A stretch of DNA of 35,753 nt from a virus. Lineage: Duplodnaviria; Caudoviricetes. Of this stretch, positions 33,731-35,753 are shown piece after piece. Position numbers and translations under genes: made by a program. The first letter of the stretch is position 1. The number at the start of each line of letters is the position of its first letter. Under the pieces are notes generated by a model. The model was not told the DNA's origin. It did not search any database and worked only from the letters and a program-made list of their open reading frames with translations. The DNA is taken from IMG/VR virus record IMGVR_UViG_3300020045_004812, positions 1 through 35,753 of that record; one strand, 5' to 3'.

Positions 33731-33948
33731 TTGCGCCCCCGCAGTTTTTGCCACCACAGAACCACCGCAGCCATGCCCGCAGCCAATGGCCCAGCGATGA
33801 CTGCCGCAAGCCAGTTGATATTGAACGGGTATGGGTCAACCATGCCTGTCTCGAAATTATACGACGCAAGGCCGACGCGGGACGCCAGAAACGCGGCACC
33901 AGCAAGGGCTGCGGTGATGTAGGCGGTAAGGCGCGCTTGGCTCCACAT
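33727..33948 (-). CDS. Putative holin (2 TM, basic C-terminus)
   Basis: Two hydrophobic helices and a KLRGRK tail; TAATG coupling to the endolysin. Confidence 0.6.
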   Translation of the reverse strand: MWSQARLTAYITAALAGAAFLASRVGLASYNFETGMVDPYPFNINWLAAVIAGPLAAGMAAVVLWWQKLRGRK

Positions 33949-34517
33949 TATCTGCGTCCTTTGAACAACCACGCGATCAGCGCGGCGATGAATGAGGGTT
34001 TGGCGGGGGTTTCGGCGCCGTGCATATCCCCAATGTTTGTTGGAGTTTTTGGAGGTTTTGGGGCATTTCCGGCGCCGCCCAGATCCACGGGTTGCGCAGC
34101 CTTCGCCGCCCGCCGCACACCGATCAGCGATGCGACTGGAAAGGTTGTGCGGCTTACGCTGTCTTTTTGATTGCCGCCGATGGCGTAGACCTTGCCACCC
34201 TCGATTTTCTCAATGAAAAACACATGACCCTGCCAATCTGTGCCGCGCGGGATAACCCCAATGTCGCCCCGCTTGGCTTGCGAAATCGGCACCTGAACGC
34301 CCCACTTCAAATAGGACCGGGCCAGCAATGAATTGGACGGCTTCACCCCAGCGCGCTTAAGCATGGCCCCAACGAAAGCAGCGCACCAAGCAACGTCATC
34401 TTCTTTGATGCCCGCGAAGCCAGCGTCTTTGTAATAGGCCACAACCTTCGGGTTTGATCCCTTGGCCCACTCGACCGTGCCAATTTCTGCAATCGCCAGA
34501 TCAATCGCTTGTGTCAC
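33948..34517 (-). CDS. Endolysin, TIGR02594 family (NlpC/P60-like Cys-His peptidase)
   Basis: DDVAWCAAFV, ARSYLKWG, QGHVFF, GGNQ motifs; amphipathic C-terminal helix. Confidence 0.9.
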   Translation of the reverse strand: MTQAIDLAIAEIGTVEWAKGSNPKVVAYYKDAGFAGIKEDDVAWCAAFVGAMLKRAGVKPSNSLLARSYLKWGVQVPISQAKRGDIGVIPRGTDWQGHVFFIEKIEGGKVYAIGGNQKDSVSRTTFPVASLIGVRRAAKAAQPVDLGGAGNAPKPPKTPTNIGDMHGAETPAKPSFIAALIAWLFKGRR

Positions 34518-34702
34518 CGCTTGCTCCTATCCAGCAACAGGGCGACCATTTGCTTAATCTCGCCCTGCCCGGTTAAAATCGCGTCAAGCTTTACCGCTGG
34601 ATCGGCTGGCTTTTCGCCTTTGGTTTGCGACCTGTTCATCCACAAAAATGCAAAAACGCCAGCTACGGGGCCAAATGCGGCTACATATTCAGTCAGTGTC
34701 AC
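34514..34702 (-). CDS. Small single-TM protein (holin/antiholin-like)
   Basis: N-terminal TM plus coiled coil; GGAGG SD before GTG 34702. Confidence 0.55.
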   Translation of the reverse strand: MTLTEYVAAFGPVAGVFAFLWMNRSQTKGEKPADPAVKLDAILTGQGEIKQMVALLLDRSKR

Positions 34703-35117
34703 GCTGCACGGCCTCCCAGAACATGCGAAAGAAGATCGGCGCAAAGAACGTGGTGCAATGCAATCCTATCACCATTTCACCGCCTGTGGCTATGGCGGAA
34801 TAACCCAGCGCAAGATACTGGACGGTCTGAATGCCCGCCCCCACCGCTATCATCCAAGACTTAACCGGATGCCGCAGCCCGATCCAGCACATAGCAGAAC
34901 CAGCCATCATTGTTCCCGCCCACATTTCAGCCGGGAATTGCAGCGCAAAGCCACCAAACACCCGCGCGGAAAACGCCTCGCCGGATGTGACCGCCTCAAT
35001 CCAAAACAGCGACCCGATCAAGACAATCGCCAGCTGCATGTGCGATAGGATTGGCTGCACAAGATATGTGCTTAGTTGGCGCTGATAGATCATGCGTGAT
35101 ATCACCGCCGCCTCCAT
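34689..35117 (-). CDS. Multi-TM membrane protein
   Basis: About four hydrophobic helices. Confidence 0.65.
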   Translation of the reverse strand: MEAAVISRMIYQRQLSTYLVQPILSHMQLAIVLIGSLFWIEAVTSGEAFSARVFGGFALQFPAEMWAGTMMAGSAMCWIGLRHPVKSWMIAVGAGIQTVQYLALGYSAIATGGEMVIGLHCTTFFAPIFFRMFWEAVQRDTD

Positions 35118-35473
35118 ATCCCGCCCACCAGGACGATTGCTGTCAGGGCCAAAGACGCTGCCACGCCCCCGCCCTGACGCGCCCAAGCCGACAAGCCAAT
35201 CAGCCCGCCCGCCATAACCGCAAAGCTATCAACCAGCGCATCTGTCAGGCCCGCACCGAACCCCTGCACGATACCCTCCCACCCTGCAAAATACAATCCT
35301 GACACAATCCAGAACGCCAGCACTGGCACCGCGTCAATCCATTCGCCTGCAATGCGATCCAGCAGCCACGCTACAAGCGCCACCAGCGCAAGGCCCACGA
35401 AGCCGTGCGCAAGCAGGACGGATGCCCATTCATAAGCTGATGCGTGATCTGTGGGGGTGGTGAGGTTCATCAC
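35102..35473 (-). CDS. Multi-TM membrane protein
   Basis: About four hydrophobic helices; ends WRRR. Confidence 0.65.
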   Translation of the reverse strand: MMNLTTPTDHASAYEWASVLLAHGFVGLALVALVAWLLDRIAGEWIDAVPVLAFWIVSGLYFAGWEGIVQGFGAGLTDALVDSFAVMAGGLIGLSAWARQGGGVAASLALTAIVLVGGIWRRR

Positions 35474-35751
35474 ATGCCCAGATTGTAGTTGTTGACAGCT
35501 GCGATCTGCGCACCTGCGCTTGTTGCGCCGCTGTAGTTGATCGTCGCCACGCCAGTCAAAGCGTTGACGTTATCAGCGATCACGTTGTTGCCTGCCGTCA
35601 GATATACCGCCGATAAATTGACGTAATCAATTGACCGGGTGATGTTGCGCGTGATTGTAGACCGCTGGCAGTCAGACCGCACAAGTGTATATTGATCGCC
35701 GCTGTGCTGCACATTGCTATCAGCAACCGGGGCAACGCATGTTGACCGGAA
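35470..35751 (-). CDS. C-terminal end of a beta-helix-like protein, probable tailspike (partial)
   Basis: Frame open to the window edge; Asn/Val/Ile/Thr-rich beta-strand pattern; lies just upstream of the lysis genes. Confidence 0.5.
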   Translation of the reverse strand, partial: FRSTCVAPVADSNVQHSGDQYTLVRSDCQRSTITRNITRSIDYVNLSAVYLTAGNNVIADNVNALTGVATINYSGATSAGAQIAAVNNYNLGM

Positions 35752-35753
35752 CG

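Noticed and set aside
1-35753. Stop-codon reassignment, introns or inteins
   Set aside because: Core genes have normal lengths and coupled starts and stops under the standard code.

Overview
This window is most of the genome of a P22-like (short-tailed) phage, probably of an alphaproteobacterial host (GapR/DUF2312 homologue, apparent GANTC scarcity). The minus strand from about 13.3 kb to 0.62 kb carries the morphogenesis block: terminases, portal, scaffold, coat, gp4, gp10 and three ejection proteins. Replication and nuclease genes lie at 13.7-18.9 kb (-), an Erf/YqaJ/SSB/NinB recombination operon at 19-22.4 kb (+), a Cro-like gene and DNA methyltransferase at 22.5-24.6 kb (-), and mosaic early genes at 24.75-29.7 kb (+). 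A compact RNA cluster sits at 29.8-30.05 kb (-), followed by a 933-aa FN3/Ig-like protein, a lysis cassette and the 3' end of a probable tailspike gene. I recognise no integrase or CI repressor. The first ~630 bp look foreign (internal fragment of a large polyvalent protein) and are joined to the phage inside the gp16-like gene. The best leads are: (1) a promoter-driven cluster of a tRNA-Met, a long hairpin and an anticodon-less tRNA mimic with a 13-bp acceptor stem; (2) a DDxxD protein in the gp14 slot next to an ejection protein ending in W-A-F; (3) a leaderless antisense membrane gene between ejection genes; (4) a structured coat-gene leader and several internal late promoters. All family calls come from motif recognition and synteny by eye; no database searches were run.
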